From Tubiluchus corallicola (lineage: Eukaryota > Animalia > Priapulida), in contig JAQGDQ010001016.1 in NCBI GenBank assembly GCA_030141605.1, positions 6,119-70,118 on the forward strand: DNA of 64,000 nucleotides, given 5' to 3'. The notes beneath the pieces were generated by a model. It was not told the DNA's origin. It saw nothing but the letters and a program-made list of their open reading frames with translations, and ran no database searches. Positions 24,575 through 38,358 of this stretch are shown piece after piece (positions within the stretch are counted from its first letter, which is position 1; each line of letters starts with the position of its first letter). The position numbers and the translations under genes are program-made.

Positions 24575-27500
24575 TTAATGACTAAAAAGTGCTGAGAACA
24601 ACGTAATTATACAGATCATTGATGTAGAATGTACCACAGCTTTGTCAGATGCAGAGGTATATGCTGCAGATGGTATAAAACTTATATCTTTAAACATGAA
24701 GCCTGAATAAAATTGCTGTTCACTGATCCACTCCACATAATAGGCAATTCTTGGTCCCGCAATTACCGAAAAATCGTCATACCCTTCACTTGGATCCTCA
24801 GATTTTACATTTCTCGATGTACCTTGATAAATGCCTATCACTTTCATTTGTACTGTGTCTAATACAAGTGGTCCACCAGAATCACCCTACAAGAAGAAAA
24901 TACAACAGTTTCGATTTGCAAAACGTCAATAAAAAAGTGTGCAAAATTGTAAGGGAATTCTAGTAGGCTTGGAGAGAGCATGCTGGCAACATTGAGACAT
25001 GACAATATAGCGGAATATCCAGCTAGCATCTTGGTTATTAGAAAACTGCATGATGGGTCCAATTATTCTATGGTGAGACTTATTGCAAAAAGTGTTAAAT
25101 ATTGAGACAATTAGCTACAACTTAAAGTTTACTATGCACATTGCTATATTATGTCCAGTGAAATTGCCTGTCACACCCACAGTATCAGTTGATAGTGAAA
25201 CTCATTGAAAAAATAAGGTACACTCGTTTTATTAAATTAAAGTTAATACCTTTAAAGATTAAAATTTATAGCACCATATTACGAACGAATCACGTGACAA
25301 TCGCCAGCCAATCACAATCATTTGGCTGAACATATGACATTCTGAATTCTCCATGTTATGATGTCTTCCAATGCGCTGCTTTTTTCTAGATATTTTTAGA
25401 AGATTTTCACAGGTTGCTGATGTTAAATCCAGTATTAAATTCAAATTTAGCCAATTAAAAATACAGAAGGTGGTACAAACTTGCAATTTTCTCAAAAATT
25501 GTAAATAAGACATTTTACCAATTATCTGCCCACCGACATTCAAATTATTAATTTTATACCTGTATCTTGGTCAATAAATAGTAAAATTTTAAATAGCTAC
25601 TTACAAGACCACCTATACGTCCTGGGTGATGTGCACAGATGTAGTGTACTGAAGAATAATTCGCGCAACGCCCTCCAGTAATAACTGAGAAGGTCGCCTT
25701 CTGCAAATGCTCATAATTTTTAGAGGGTCTATCTGAAATACGAAAGTGCCTAGTAATGTGATACTCATGGTAAAGAATAAGTAGATTTTCAAACAATATT
25801 GACACATGTATACTATGTCAAGTAAGCTTTAAAAGCAAATAAAATGCAGCAACACAGACCCACTGCGTGACTTAGCTCCTGTATAACAATAAAACTGGCA
25901 GCCCTAAAAATACTCTTCATCAGCATTAATCAACTAAAAATATTATATCTTTAATCAACCAAATTATTACAAATTCAACGCACCACTCCATATATCAGAT
26001 CCCCATCCTACAAGAGTAATATCTTGGTTAACGTAACTCATATTAAGGTCACACACAGGTGTTTTAGCAGGTCGAACATCATCATTAATCTCAACTGGTG
26101 CGTTCAGTCGTGCAAAAGCAATATCATTGATGCCAGTTCCCATTATATATGAAAAATGTTCATGCCTTTTATACCAGTGAATCTGTAATTTCACAAAAAC
26201 TATTAAAATTAAGAAAGTGCTGTCTCACACTAGTCTCACACTAGTCTGACGTGGGCATTAGTAAAAATGATTAAATATGATAGACAAAAAAATAAAGTTT
26301 GATATTCATGCCACAAAGTACGAATGTAACATATGAGAACATTATTAGTGATAGTCTACAGGGATTTAGCTCCTCGGGTCTATAAGAGTTTGTTGCATTT
26401 TACATGGGTTCAGTTCATGAGAAAGTGCTCTCATTAAGCACGATAAAACTATATTTAATAATTTCTTAGGTTTCCGCTCCTCGTACAATAGAGTTACTAA
26501 TTCTTCTAATTCACTTTGGCGTTAAGTCTACTCTATTTTTATGGAGCCATTGATGTTTTAGGAATGAGAAGACCATAATTGTCTATGCTGGAATTCTGTA
26601 CATTTCTATTGGTCTGTAGCAAGCAGGCGATCAAAAAAGAAGTGTGGACGATCACATCAGAGGGGTGTTTTTTGTATTTTTGTCCAAGTTAATCACTTAC
26701 ATATACTTTTTAAACAAAATACAACGAATCAGTAACCGAGTACTGTACCACCCGTATAGAAGAGCACATAATTTTCAATCATTCAGTTGTGTCTGTGTTT
26801 AAGCCTGTTCTCACACAGCAGCAGAAAACCCATTCACCAAATGTGACTTAGTGTAAGTATGCAGTGCCTTAATGAGCTAAATTGTTTCGTATCTATCAGT
26901 CGAAACTATTGTACTAAACTTTGATCAATCTCTGGTGGCTTGTAATGCAAAAGATACATGATCTCACCTGTACAACCCATCACGTGGTTTATAAAAAATA
27001 AGTTTCTAACACCATATACTACCATATACTCCATATATTATAGATATTTATGTGATGGAAGATAAATCATACATAGCGGAACTGACTTGGTGTACGAAAA
27101 TCGTTGCTTCCAAGACATACAACTAAGTGTGGTCCTGATGGTATGTCACTGCAAAACAGAGATAATTGTCTATAAACAATCATGTTTTGGACGCCTCAGT
27201 GCAAATACAGTAACGACTCAACTTTCTTAATAATTCACAAAGATAGCAAATCCAAGTATCGAAGAACATTATTCATTTTATTCAACTAACTTTCATCCAC
27301 ATTTTATTCTTAATCCTTGTCATTCAAGTTAGCTGATTAGAAAGTGGGAAGTAAACTGAGCAAACTGAAGTAACCTGAGTTTTAAAGTTACTTTGGCAAA
27401 ATCACATTTTTGGCTGAATATGCATGATCAAAAACACATAAATGTTAACGCGACTTGGCAGCAAGTTCTATATAGCTGTTACGTCATTCAGTTATTTGGT

Positions 27501-30440
27501 TTGTTATTCTGCACCTAGTAAGCAATCAGTGTTCCTTAATAGGAACATCCCAAAAATATATACCGCTGTTCTACTAAGCCTTTTTTCAATACAAATACAC
27601 ATTCACAAGCACATCTACATATAGACAGTTATTCCCACATACATGCACATGTCTGTTTAGTTGTGTAGACAGCATTCAGCAGTTATTATAGAAATGCTAA
27701 CCAACTTTCTTGAAAATACTTGTGAAAATACTGATTTTGTGTACAAAATTAAATCTTTTTTCGGCCTTTTGTTTCACACATCCAATGAGTTTGCATACTC
27801 ACTCTTTAAAAATGTGAGCTACTGTTAGAATATGTTTGTCGTCGAAAAGAAATCCTCCTGCTGTAATTTCAAGCGATTTATTGATAAAACCAGGACGAAG
27901 AATCCTAACCTTCAAGAACAAATACACAAATAGTTACTAAAACTGTTGCCTTGCATCTTAAATTTCTATATTAAAAAAAGGCAAGAAGTTAATGTTAAAA
28001 GTAGAAAATTTAATCTGTTGTACAAAACGATGTTTTGGTTTTTCACGAAGAATTTTCAACTTTGAACAAGAAATTTGAACAAATGTGGCTTTTCAACTCC
28101 ATGTTTCCATGCTGCCACAATACTGCCATAAATGTAATAACCTTGTGACTATCAAATTAAATCGAACATATAAATAATTTGACGTTAAATATGAAAGGTG
28201 ATTTAAACTCAGCAAAATTAAAAAAACAAAACAGCACAAGTTTATTTTTGCAAAAAAAAACAAATTTAAACACGCACCATGTATGGAAATTCCCGCTCCC
28301 CTGCATTTTCTCCACCATGAATTCTTGGTTCAATAGGCAACTCTGCAACAAATTTTCCAATTTACTCATAGACAAAAACAGAACAAATATTTACCACTAA
28401 ACGTCCAGGTGTGCATCTGGACCTAAAAGGCTTTGTTGTATAAGGCGATGGTGTACGTCTTGATAAATTGCAATTCGCTTTTATCAGAGGAAAATCTTTG
28501 GATTTGCTTTAAGTCTAACAAACTGAAAACAAATTATAACTGATGAAGACGGTATGTTCCCAATGTTTTTAAAAGTCGCAAGCTCAGAACTAGCCAAACC
28601 ACTGTTCCTACTTTTTCTTTGATCAATGGACAAAGAAAACTATCTCAAGTTTGGAAGTTCACCAGCACTCAAGAAGGGAAGTAAAATTTATAACAACTAT
28701 AGACCACTAAGCCTAACATCAAACTATGTAAAGCATTAGGGAAAATTATCTGGAAATGACAGATACAGCACATCAAAAGCAAAATATCAAGAACACAATG
28801 CGGATTTAAAAAAGGCAAGTCTGTATCAGACAACTATAAGATGACATCAATTTATGAACCAAAATAATCAGTTGTGGAGCTTCACTTGACACAATCTATT
28901 GAAATTTTGCAAAAAGATTTAATTCCATCCTTCACAAAAGACTTACTAAAGTGACTAGACTATATTAAGTGTAATGACGGAATACTGATTGGCTTAAATG
29001 AAATGGAGATTGTTTGGGTTCTATCACGACAAACAAACAAAGTCAGTCAAGTACTGCTCAGTACAATATTTTAATGTTCGTGCACCATCATCATAGCGCA
29101 TGCCTCTTCGTCATTTTACTTCATATTTGACATATATTGAGACGCCATTTATTAAAATGATACATTCTATCTGGAATTATAATTACATTACAGTATACAG
29201 CGTTGGAAGAAGCTATAATAGGTATCTTAAAACATTATTTTTAAATGAGTTCTTAACCTCTAATTTTTGCATTTTCCTTTAGATCTACAATGCAACCATA
29301 TTTAAATCTTAAATTTACTCGACTGTTATTTACATGTTTATTTACTGTTATGTGCAGGACATTACAATTTTTCTCACAAATTTTAATTTTTGACCACCTA
29401 TTAAATAATTCGTAGGCATATTATGCCACAAAAATACATTAACAATTTGACGCTTTCATTTTGTCTAAATATTTTTCTATAAGCAGTGTTCCATTTTACC
29501 CTAACGGCATTCACTTTATTGTTTGATATGCCCCCAATTTCGCATCCCTATAATAAAATGGGTTCACAATATGTATTGACCAGAGATTTACCTACTGTGC
29601 CACTACGATTAAGGCCCATACGTGAGAAAATATTGTTCACAGAACTAATAACTTTCCTTTTTAACTTAGAAACAAAAATAGAAAAACTTGTCAAAATATC
29701 GCAACCTAAATGCTTTACTGTCTGTTTCCAGATCAGTTGTCCAGTAAAGCTTTTGCCAAAGTAAAGAAGCCACGTTTTGTTAGGATTAAATGAGATACTC
29801 CATTTTATACCATATTTTTCACGATTTTAAGCATTTTACGTAAGTGTCTACATGACCCTGACAACAAGGCAATGTCATCAGCATACATGACAGTGTCTAC
29901 AAAATTATCTATGGTATATCTATGATAGCCATGTAACTCTGTATATCCAGCGAAAACGGCAGTGATTGTCAGGTCATTGACAACAACTTTGAAAAAATTG
30001 CATTTAGTAGAAGAGAATGTGATTGATGTCATGTTTATCAACACCCTTTAACAAAATTCATTTCATGCTGTATTTTACGTTCAATGAAGCCGTATTAGTC
30101 AAAATTTTACTCCGATTTGTAAATACAAGAATGTTATGAAACGAGTTACATCGCGCCTAGTTACATAAAAATGTAGTTATTTTGTGATTTGACTGTGAGA
30201 ATGTGTAAAGTTATTTCACCTATAAGATAATTATGTGAGCCACAATGTCATATATCTGAGTAAGTATTTATTTCTATTTTAACGGCAGAATAATTCATAC
30301 CACAAAGTGAGACTAACCTTTTCCGTTTGAGCCTGGAGAAGTCGTTGAGGACTGAGCTTCATTAGATTGACATAGAGTGTCAGAGCAAAGCAATGTAGTA
30401 AATGCAAACAAAAATGAAATACGAATACACCGAGCTGCAT
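24575..30440 (-). CDS. Complete S1A (trypsin/chymotrypsin-fold) serine protease zymogen with GPI-like C-terminus, 345 aa, 8 exons (30440-30318, 28422-28395, 28342-28278, 27909-27803, 27148-27073, 26182-25984, 25732-25605, 24886-24575)
   Basis: All introns GT-AG with continuous frame (1038 nt). Signal peptide, activation site EPR|IHGG...EFPYM, triad motifs LTVAH, NDIAFARL and GDSGGP, plus LVGWG. Hydrophobic tail MICIITLFSALFSH. Confidence 0.85.
28520..28960 (+). mobile_element. CR1-like LINE fragment in protease intron 1 (shared with the duplicate)
   Basis: NNYRPLSLTS motif; colinear with 20180-20620. Confidence 0.6.
29330..29905 (-). mobile_element. LINE RT fragment present only in this copy of protease intron 1
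   Basis: VMYADDIALLSGSCRHLRKML carries the RT catalytic YADD motif (ORF 29805-30044). Confidence 0.7.
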
Positions 30441-33400
30441 GCGCTAATAGCATTGTTTCTGAAACTGACAATGTGAAAGTTGAAAAATAATTAGCAAATA
30501 AATCAATGCCATAAGGATCTCAATGATATGATAGCATCAATCACTAGTTACAGTTATCAGTTATGCCTAAACAAACTCACTTTGTAGTGCTCGCCATCTG
30601 TTAAAAAGGAGAAAAAAAATTGAAAATTTAGTGTTTTCATTCATTGGACGAATCAGTAATTCAAAACGCAATTGGAAAAACACAAGAAGGTCAACTTTCA
30701 ACAAGAAAAAACTGAATATCCTTAACGTTTTTTTCTTTATAGATTTGTGAAAAAATCTTAAACATCGAAGTGGAACTGATGCCCCAATCGCCATCAACAG
30801 ATTCTCCATAAAACATATTTAAATTCATGTGATTTGACATCAGTCATTCTAAAATTGCTTAGGGAGAAGAAAGCATAATACGCAGCCCGTATTTGAATAG
30901 TTTCTTCCATTTCGCTTAAGTAGCTAGTGTTAAAAGCTAATTTAGTTACTGTACAAGCAGTTTGTGATAACAGACAAATTCGTTTCATCAGACAAGAATA
31001 ACCTAAAAACTGTGAACAAAGATTTAGTTTAAAAGAATTTAATTTCATTTAATTTAAGTTTTTTTTATCTCCACAGTTAATAGTACATGATTTAGTAACC
31101 CGTTAAAGGACAGCAATTTGACCAGGTAGTCTACATTTCTTATTATAGAGAAAACACAAATTACCATATTATTATTATTCAGGCAGCAATTGCATAATTA
31201 GGCATAATAAGTTAGAGGTAGTTATTTTACTATACGTACCTGTTGTCACGAAATCTACCAGTTCCAAAAACACTTAAAAAGTGGTTAAGCCTCATCACAA
31301 AGGTTTTCCATGCTTAAATAAACGATTCCACTGTTTTGTATGTTCAAACCACATTATCTGAGATTTAGAACTTTAGAATAACGATTTTTTTTTCAAAAGA
31401 AAATTGAGGACGTGATCATTTAGATTAAAGAGAGATTGTTTCGTTCTATTTATATTTTGCAACTGCAGAACGAATTTTTTGCTGTATTCACGAAGAGTGC
31501 TTTCCTGTGTTTTATAACTGGACTTTGTAGTAGAACGTAAATATGAAATAAGATGGTGACTATATTATCTAAGTAGTATCATAGGAAATGTCTATGATTT
31601 TGACCATAATTGGTACTGCTAAAAGCTATGCTGATGTTTTTGAAGATGATGATTGATGTAGATTATATTGTAACGATGCAATGACAGCGTAGTTATTTGC
31701 AATAGTCTGCATTAGTCGTTCTCTCACATGTTGGAAGCCGAGTGGTCCAGTGCCATCAGTGATGATGAAGAACATTTCAACAGACGTCTGTTGCATATCA
31801 GGTTTACAAAGACAAACAAGCAACTTCGTACTAGACCTAACTATCACAAGGGAGTGGTGGTGGGAGGGGGTGAAAAAGGCATTTCTTCATTCTAAGAAGA
31901 AGTTTATGACAACATTTAAGGAATCGTTTAGTCATTTTATCAGCTCATCATCAATGTTGGTAATTGCATTAAAGATGGGTATTGTTGTCTAATGAAATAC
32001 GTAAATGGCAAAAGATTGTTTGCTTGTCCTGATAGCTAATGATTGCATTTGAATGGTCATTGGGTAGATATTTTGAATAATTATTGTGGTAAATTGAAAT
32101 AATGCTAATAGCTCTCCTATCTTTTTCATGTCTCTGTTGAGCTCTAAGAATTTCTCCTTTAGCCTAGGGTGAGTTTTTGGTATATGCAACAACGTATATT
32201 TCTATAATATATTGCTTACGATGAATAAAATAAAAAAACTAGACTATTTGAAATTTGTTAAATTTTCAGCAGAGTGTAGTGCCGTGTTTATCAAAGTTTT
32301 ATAAATATAATAAATGCAGGCTAGAAAATTTTAAAATAAGCTTATAGGTCGCGATAATTATCTGACGAAACTTATGGATTAAATTTAAATGTTGAAACAA
32401 AATTTACGTATTTACTTGATGTGCTCTCTTTATTTTATTTATTAATAAAATATAGATGCACAAACTGAAGGTATACATTTCATAATTATAACAAAAAAAT
32501 TAATCTTAGTAGAAAACTTGCTTCTCGTTTTCCTACGCCTAAATGGAAAATAATCCCTCCAAAGCACATTAATTAGATTCAGAATGTTTCGAATTACTAA
32601 ATTTTAGCAAATTGACATTTTAACTTTTGCTTATTTTTCAGAAAAAAACACAAAAAAATAAATTACAGAGCAGTTAATTAAAGCCAATTTACCTTTTGCG
32701 CAAGAGTATTTCAAGTTGCGTGAAAATTTCCAACACTTTGCATTATTTGAAGGGGCGGGTAGAAAAATTTCATATAGGCTCCACATTAAGACATATAGTC
32801 AACTGCTGAGGTTTCATAACGCCCCTCACAACAAACGTCTGATTTGAAAATTTTATATGATCATATATGTGAGTGTAGAATTGCTGTAGATTTCTATTAA
32901 TTATGGACGTGAAACCTAACTGCCTATATGCTGGAGAAACGGCAAGCAAGGGAATCGAGTTTCAACTCATATAAGTTCAGAAAAAATTAACTTATTGGAA
33001 AGATGCATGAGTTTATTATGTTATGCCTGCAATTTAATTGGAATCCGTCTCGGTCAACCATAGAAAAATCTAGAAATAGTTCACATGAATTGCATAGTAG
33101 CAGTAACATGACGGCAGATCATGTGGAATCATTGGAGATACAGGGTGAGCTAAACTGCATCAATGGTTGATTGAAGAAATTAAACGGACATCCTAATCCT
33201 CAGCTTTGGATACGAATCAAAATCTAAGATACATTGTAGCTGTCTTTGTGGACCTTGTCTCAAAATTTCATTAATTTTGCATTTGCAAGATTACTAAGAT
33301 TACAATAAACTTTTCTTGATAAGCTTCCTCGTAGCTCACTGTATTAATTACTGTAGCACGTTGTTCTCTAAATTGTGGTTCTATGCAGTAAAGTGTTACC

Positions 33401-33644
33401 AGCAAACTCTTTGTAGTTAAAATTATTTAAAATATATAATAATAATAACAATATAATAACAGTAAATATATTCAGTTAAATATCATCGAAAATTTTATTA
33501 TTAAATATGTAAAATCCACATTTTGCATATACATTCTATGATAAATTTCTTTCAGGAAAGCAACAATTATAGAAGACCAGTGTGGAAATTTTTACTTCAA
33601 AATACCACACAAGAAAATTCTAATATTTACTCTGCCTTTTTTAA

Positions 33645-35206
33645 TCATTGAAGCATTAGAAGGCTTGAAGAAAATGCTGATAACAATATAATTGTAGAGA
33701 TCGCTGTTCTCTCGTGTTCCCGAGCTCTGATAGATGCACAGTTAGATGTTGCATATATGTCAAAACTTTGATCTCCAAACGTCATGATTGAATGACCCTG
33801 CTGAACATCAAGCCATTCTGTATAATGGGCAAGTCTCACAGAGAATTCATTGTACCCTTGTTCTGCTTGATCTATGAATGCTGGATCTTTATGAACGGTT
33901 TGAAATATCCCAATCACTTCCCTTATTTGTGTGCTTATTATAAGTGGTCTACCCGAATCTCCCTATAAGAAGAAAAATACAAAATTATTTTTAACATTGA
34001 ATTACAAAAGTCAATTACACATTCGCTGCATATTTAAATTTGTAAAATGCTAAAACATTTTATAGGACATTGGTAGGCATACTTGAAATTTCACCTCCAT
34101 ATTTACATCCACATTTAAAACTTCTTGCTCATTATTAAGTGATATTAACCAATAATGCAATAAACAACACACACACACACACACACACACACGCACGCGC
34201 GCACGCACCCTCACACACACATCATCAACGATCTCCAAACCTCCAAAAAAGCAAACAAACTCACAAGTGACCTCCTAGAAACTACAACCACCTAGCCTCA
34301 CTATTTTTAGAACAAAAGAAATTATGTTTCACAAAAAAATTCGCTTACATATGGTACTTAGTAAGTAATATGATACCCGAAAAAACTGAGGGCAAATACC
34401 AGTGATTACAAATCATAGTCATATTAATAACGTATATATAGTTTCAGGGCTTATGGGGGTTATTTGGAAAATCTATGTAGCCCTCTCCCCCCACCCCACC
34501 CCCTCCCCGATTTGTCCATAGCGATATAATTTGCGGTTACAAAGTATATGTATATGTATATATTCATGTCATACGTTTTTTATTTTGTAAACAAACGTTG
34601 TTATTTTCTGATTGCTACCCAGTTAAGGAATTGTGTAATTTTTTTCTTCAACAAATTTATTACTGGTGCTGCTAATACTTACGTAGCCACCTATGCGCCA
34701 TGGGTGATACGCACAGATGAAAAGTTTTAGATCATGTAGCTGACAATCGCCTTGATCAGTGACTGTGAAAGTCGCCTTCTGAAAGTGATCATGCGGCATT
34801 CCTGGCGTGTCTAAAATATGAAGTTGATTTATTAATAAAAAATATTATGATGTTAGAAAAATCAACAAGTACAGTAACCATGCTGATAAAAACTAATAAC
34901 ATCACTTTGTTCAAGCTTTAAAATTAGTTCTCACATTACATCAACTGGGTTGTAATTTTGTCACTTTAACTAACTCTTAAATTATTATAAACTTTACATA
35001 CGACTCCATAAATCGCTTCCCCATCCTACTAAAGTAATTTCTTGGTTAATGTAACTAATATTGTAGTCACACAAAGGTATTTTTGCAGGTTGAACATCAT
35101 CATTCACTTCAACTGGCTGATTCATTCGTAAAAAAGCAAGGTCATGTTTGGCACACATTCCTGGTCGTTTAAATTGAAATTTTTCATGCAAGTTGTACCA
35201 GTGAAT
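33645..35206 (-). pseudogene. Serine protease paralog, 3' half only (exons 35206-35002, 34810-34683, 33962-33645)
   Basis: Same exon phases as exons 6-8 of the complete protease: HDLAFLRM, LVGWG, ICAYHPWRIGGY|GDSGRPL and a hydrophobic tail. No His-exon or IxGG exon found upstream; a BEL/Pao relic lies there instead. Confidence 0.7.
34166..34221. repeat. (CA)n microsatellite
   Basis: Visible acacac run. Confidence 0.9.
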
Positions 35207-35384
35207 CTTCAGTAACAAAAATCCCTGAATTTAAGAAAGTTTTGCATTTGATCAATACTTAGCCTGACAACAGATGTTAGAAATAATTAAATGCAAATGC
35301 CATTTCAACCGAATGAAAATTTCTTGCAGAAGGGAGCTCAAAAACAGTAAAGCCAAAACAATTTACGTACACAAAATTTTACTG

Positions 35385-37420
35385 CTCGATTTGTAAGAAC
35401 GCCTTAGCTAAATCACCCATCAAGATAGTGATAACACCGACTTCTTCTTACAACTCGCATCAAAAGCTATACGTAATGGTGAAGTCTCGCTATCTTTTAA
35501 GACAAAGGTGTGAGGAAGGTAAATTAATGGCTTTCCTGCAGGAAAATTTCGGTCACACTTTTCTATTATAGCATCCTGTAACTGCTGTTGAAAGATTTTG
35601 TTGTATGCTTGTAAAAGTGTTGCATTTTGCTTAAGTCTAAATACAACATTTTCTAAGCATGCTCTGCACAAATCAAGATTCGTGGGGAGCTTGGCTAACT
35701 TATCTCAATCACGAACTGGCCAAGAAACTCTGAACCGACCGTTCACAATGTAAGCAGTTCTATTAAAATGGTCTTCTACAATCGCCTCTTCTTCTGCCTT
35801 TGTTAAATTACTGAAATAATCGATAATTCCTGTATGAGTTTGTATTTTTAGTGGATAGATGGCGCTAGGAGGTGGAGAACGGTAAACAATAATCAACAGA
35901 TGGTCGAATACACATGTAAACAATTTTTTTAAAAATACAAGTAATGACTACCGTATTTATAAAATCCATTGCTCTATCATATTTGTATTTTACGTTTTAA
36001 ATAAAAACGAAATTAAAACAATTTCCAGCAAATCTAAATCCCAGAATTTAGAGAGTTCACATGTACAATTTTGTGTATTGTTTATTGACTTGTTTGTTTT
36101 GTAAACTTGCAGTGGGCTTATTGAACGAAATGCCTTCAACTTGCTCCCCCGATGCACATGTATTTGCTACCGAGTGTAAATGATAACTATCATTAGTCAT
36201 GCTTCACATGACTATCACATTAACGTTTGTTTCAAAACTAGCTTGCGATTGCGCTATTAAACTATTGTGTGTTAAAGCTGTGTAATCACTACTAAAACCT
36301 GACCGTTCTCCCCTTTGCCCTTCAAAATTGTTTGCAGTCGCAAATTCATGAAGCGCAAATTCGTTGTCTGCTGTAGAAGCTTCAGAAACAATTGCGCCAG
36401 TAAAGACGTTTTGTAACTTTTGATTTGGCAGCTTGCCAGCAGCTGGCTCAAGTAAATTTTCAGAAACAGCTTGCTGTGAAATGGGCAATATAACATCAGT
36501 CTGGAAAGTTGTTGTGTTTGCAGTACACCGAGGTGCTATAATTTGGCTACACTTAATATTACTTAGAAACGAGTTTGTTGCTGACCTGCTTGGACATCAC
36601 TAAAATCTAATAAATTCTCATACCTACCAATGACATTGTACTCTGCATTGTAACGGCTAGAACATTGATCAACATTGCACGTATAATACTCATGTTCCCA
36701 TGTGCATTGCCGACTGCCAGTATCAGTTTCTGTTTTTTTTAACTCTTTTAGCATACACTTGAATGACATGCTTATAATCGGCCCATCACTTAAACTGGAA
36801 TTACTCAATTCTTGAGTGCCGGTAAGTAACCCAAAACTAGATTCAACAAATTCAAGGTCTGATTTCGGCAATCGATAACGACGTGGTTTAACTACCTTCC
36901 AAAATACATTAGGGGGGGGGGCAAGTAAGATTTGAATAGATAACGGGCCTCGGTCACAAACAAGAGTTGGGTCAGCCAAACAACCTTGACCATGCTTAGC
37001 TTTGAAATTATAAAACCAACTGCCTGGCTGATCATTCAAAACTTCATTAAGATTCATCATTTCGACTGGTGCTGCTAAGTGTTGCACCACTCTGCACTGA
37101 ATAGTTTTGAAACGACGCTTAGCTTTCAGGTACATTGTGATCTTCGCAAGCCCTTGATGAATCTTCACTGGCTGTTTTGCCCCAAACACAAAAACTTCAG
37201 GGTCTTGTAGAGGCTGAATATGCAGATTGAGCTTATGGGCTAGCTCTGTGGTTATATATGAATGATTGCTGCCCCCTGAATCTAAAAGAACACGTGCTTC
37301 AATTTGTGTTTTTGCAAAAACATTAGATTTGACTGACACCATCGCGGTTTGTAAAATATCTGAGTCGCCTAGTGCTGACATCACGTGACCCTGTACTTGA
37401 CTTGTAGCAGGATCGGAACT
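35385..37420 (-). mobile_element. BEL/Pao LTR retrotransposon pol relic (aspartic protease and RT pieces)
   Basis: ARVLLDSGGSNHSYIT (Pao-type aspartic protease), GRFRVSWP, YLPHTFVLKDSETSPLRIAFDASCK and MGDLAKAFLQI (Pao RT motifs), spread over broken frames. Confidence 0.85.
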
Positions 37421-38053
37421 TCAGCCTTTTAAGACGAAACTACTCCATCTTCTACAGACTCGTGTGACCGAAACAAAAGCCGGTCACGTGACCATTCTGA
37501 CTGATTGTGTCAGCACATAGCCTAGCAAAAGATTCACAAAACATCTGTTCATTAAATGTGTTCATAATCAATGATGCACGAATGTTCCACATAATTATAC
37601 TGTTTATCTGACTTTTCACCATTAATTTGGGTGGCAATAAACTGACAGACATATACGCACCAAGTCAATTTACAGGGTCACTACCCCTAAGCACTATGCG
37701 TGCCACTTATGTGCTGTTCCAATTTTTTCCTGTGCTATTTTTACCTGTGCCATTTTTACCTACTTTTCCATTTGTGCCGTTGTTTCTTGTGCTAATTTTG
37801 GTTTGAAAACAATACTAAAATACTGTTTTTTTTAAATATTTTTACTTACAATCATATAAAGTAGTTATTGTAGTTTGTTAAAAATGCAATAAGTTTATTT
37901 TAACTAAGTCAGTGTTCTCAGTGAAGTATATTACGATGAGTCCAGGCGAATTAGAGGGTAGTTTCAATATAGAGAGACCCAGAAGATTATAATCCGGCCA
38001 TATTTATGGTAGATCAAAACGAAATGAAGGCAAAAAAGAATGGTTTGTACTTA

Positions 38054-38358
38054 TTACACACAACAAAAAAATAGGCAAACCACGTGAGTAGAATTAGGAA
38101 AAACAGAGAAATTGAGAAGTTTTATGGCAGAAATAAGCGATAACAAAAGTCTACATAAGAATAAAAACAATTTATGATTGGCATGATTTTCAGCAAGAAC
38201 AGGTTGATTATTTGCAGGATTGTTAGGATCACAGAATTGAGCTAATGTCATTTTATCTTCATCGTGGCTGTGAGACGGAACGTGACAGTCAAATATCGAC
38301 TCCATCGAAGAATCTTCTTTCAGCCATTTCAAACTGCAGTTGCAAAAAAGCGATTTCG
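38054..38358 (-). pseudogene. Orphan LRR-gene terminal exon (LRRCT and hydrophobic tail) with defective splice acceptor
   Basis: KSLFCNCSLKW...FDCHVP...MTLAQFC aligns with gene A's last exon SRLVCNCSMQW...IDCAVP...ISVDEFC. The pyrimidine tract ends TTTTTTCA|CG with no AG. No upstream LRR exons seen in the window. Confidence 0.7.

Noticed and set aside
26968-27006. Extra protease exon ending in CAG|GTGAG
   Set aside because: The frame needed to join the next exon contains a stop, and the gene is complete without it.
31626-32192. Coding-like short ORFs between the protease copies
   Set aside because: No recognisable motifs and the frames are broken; unassignable from sequence alone.
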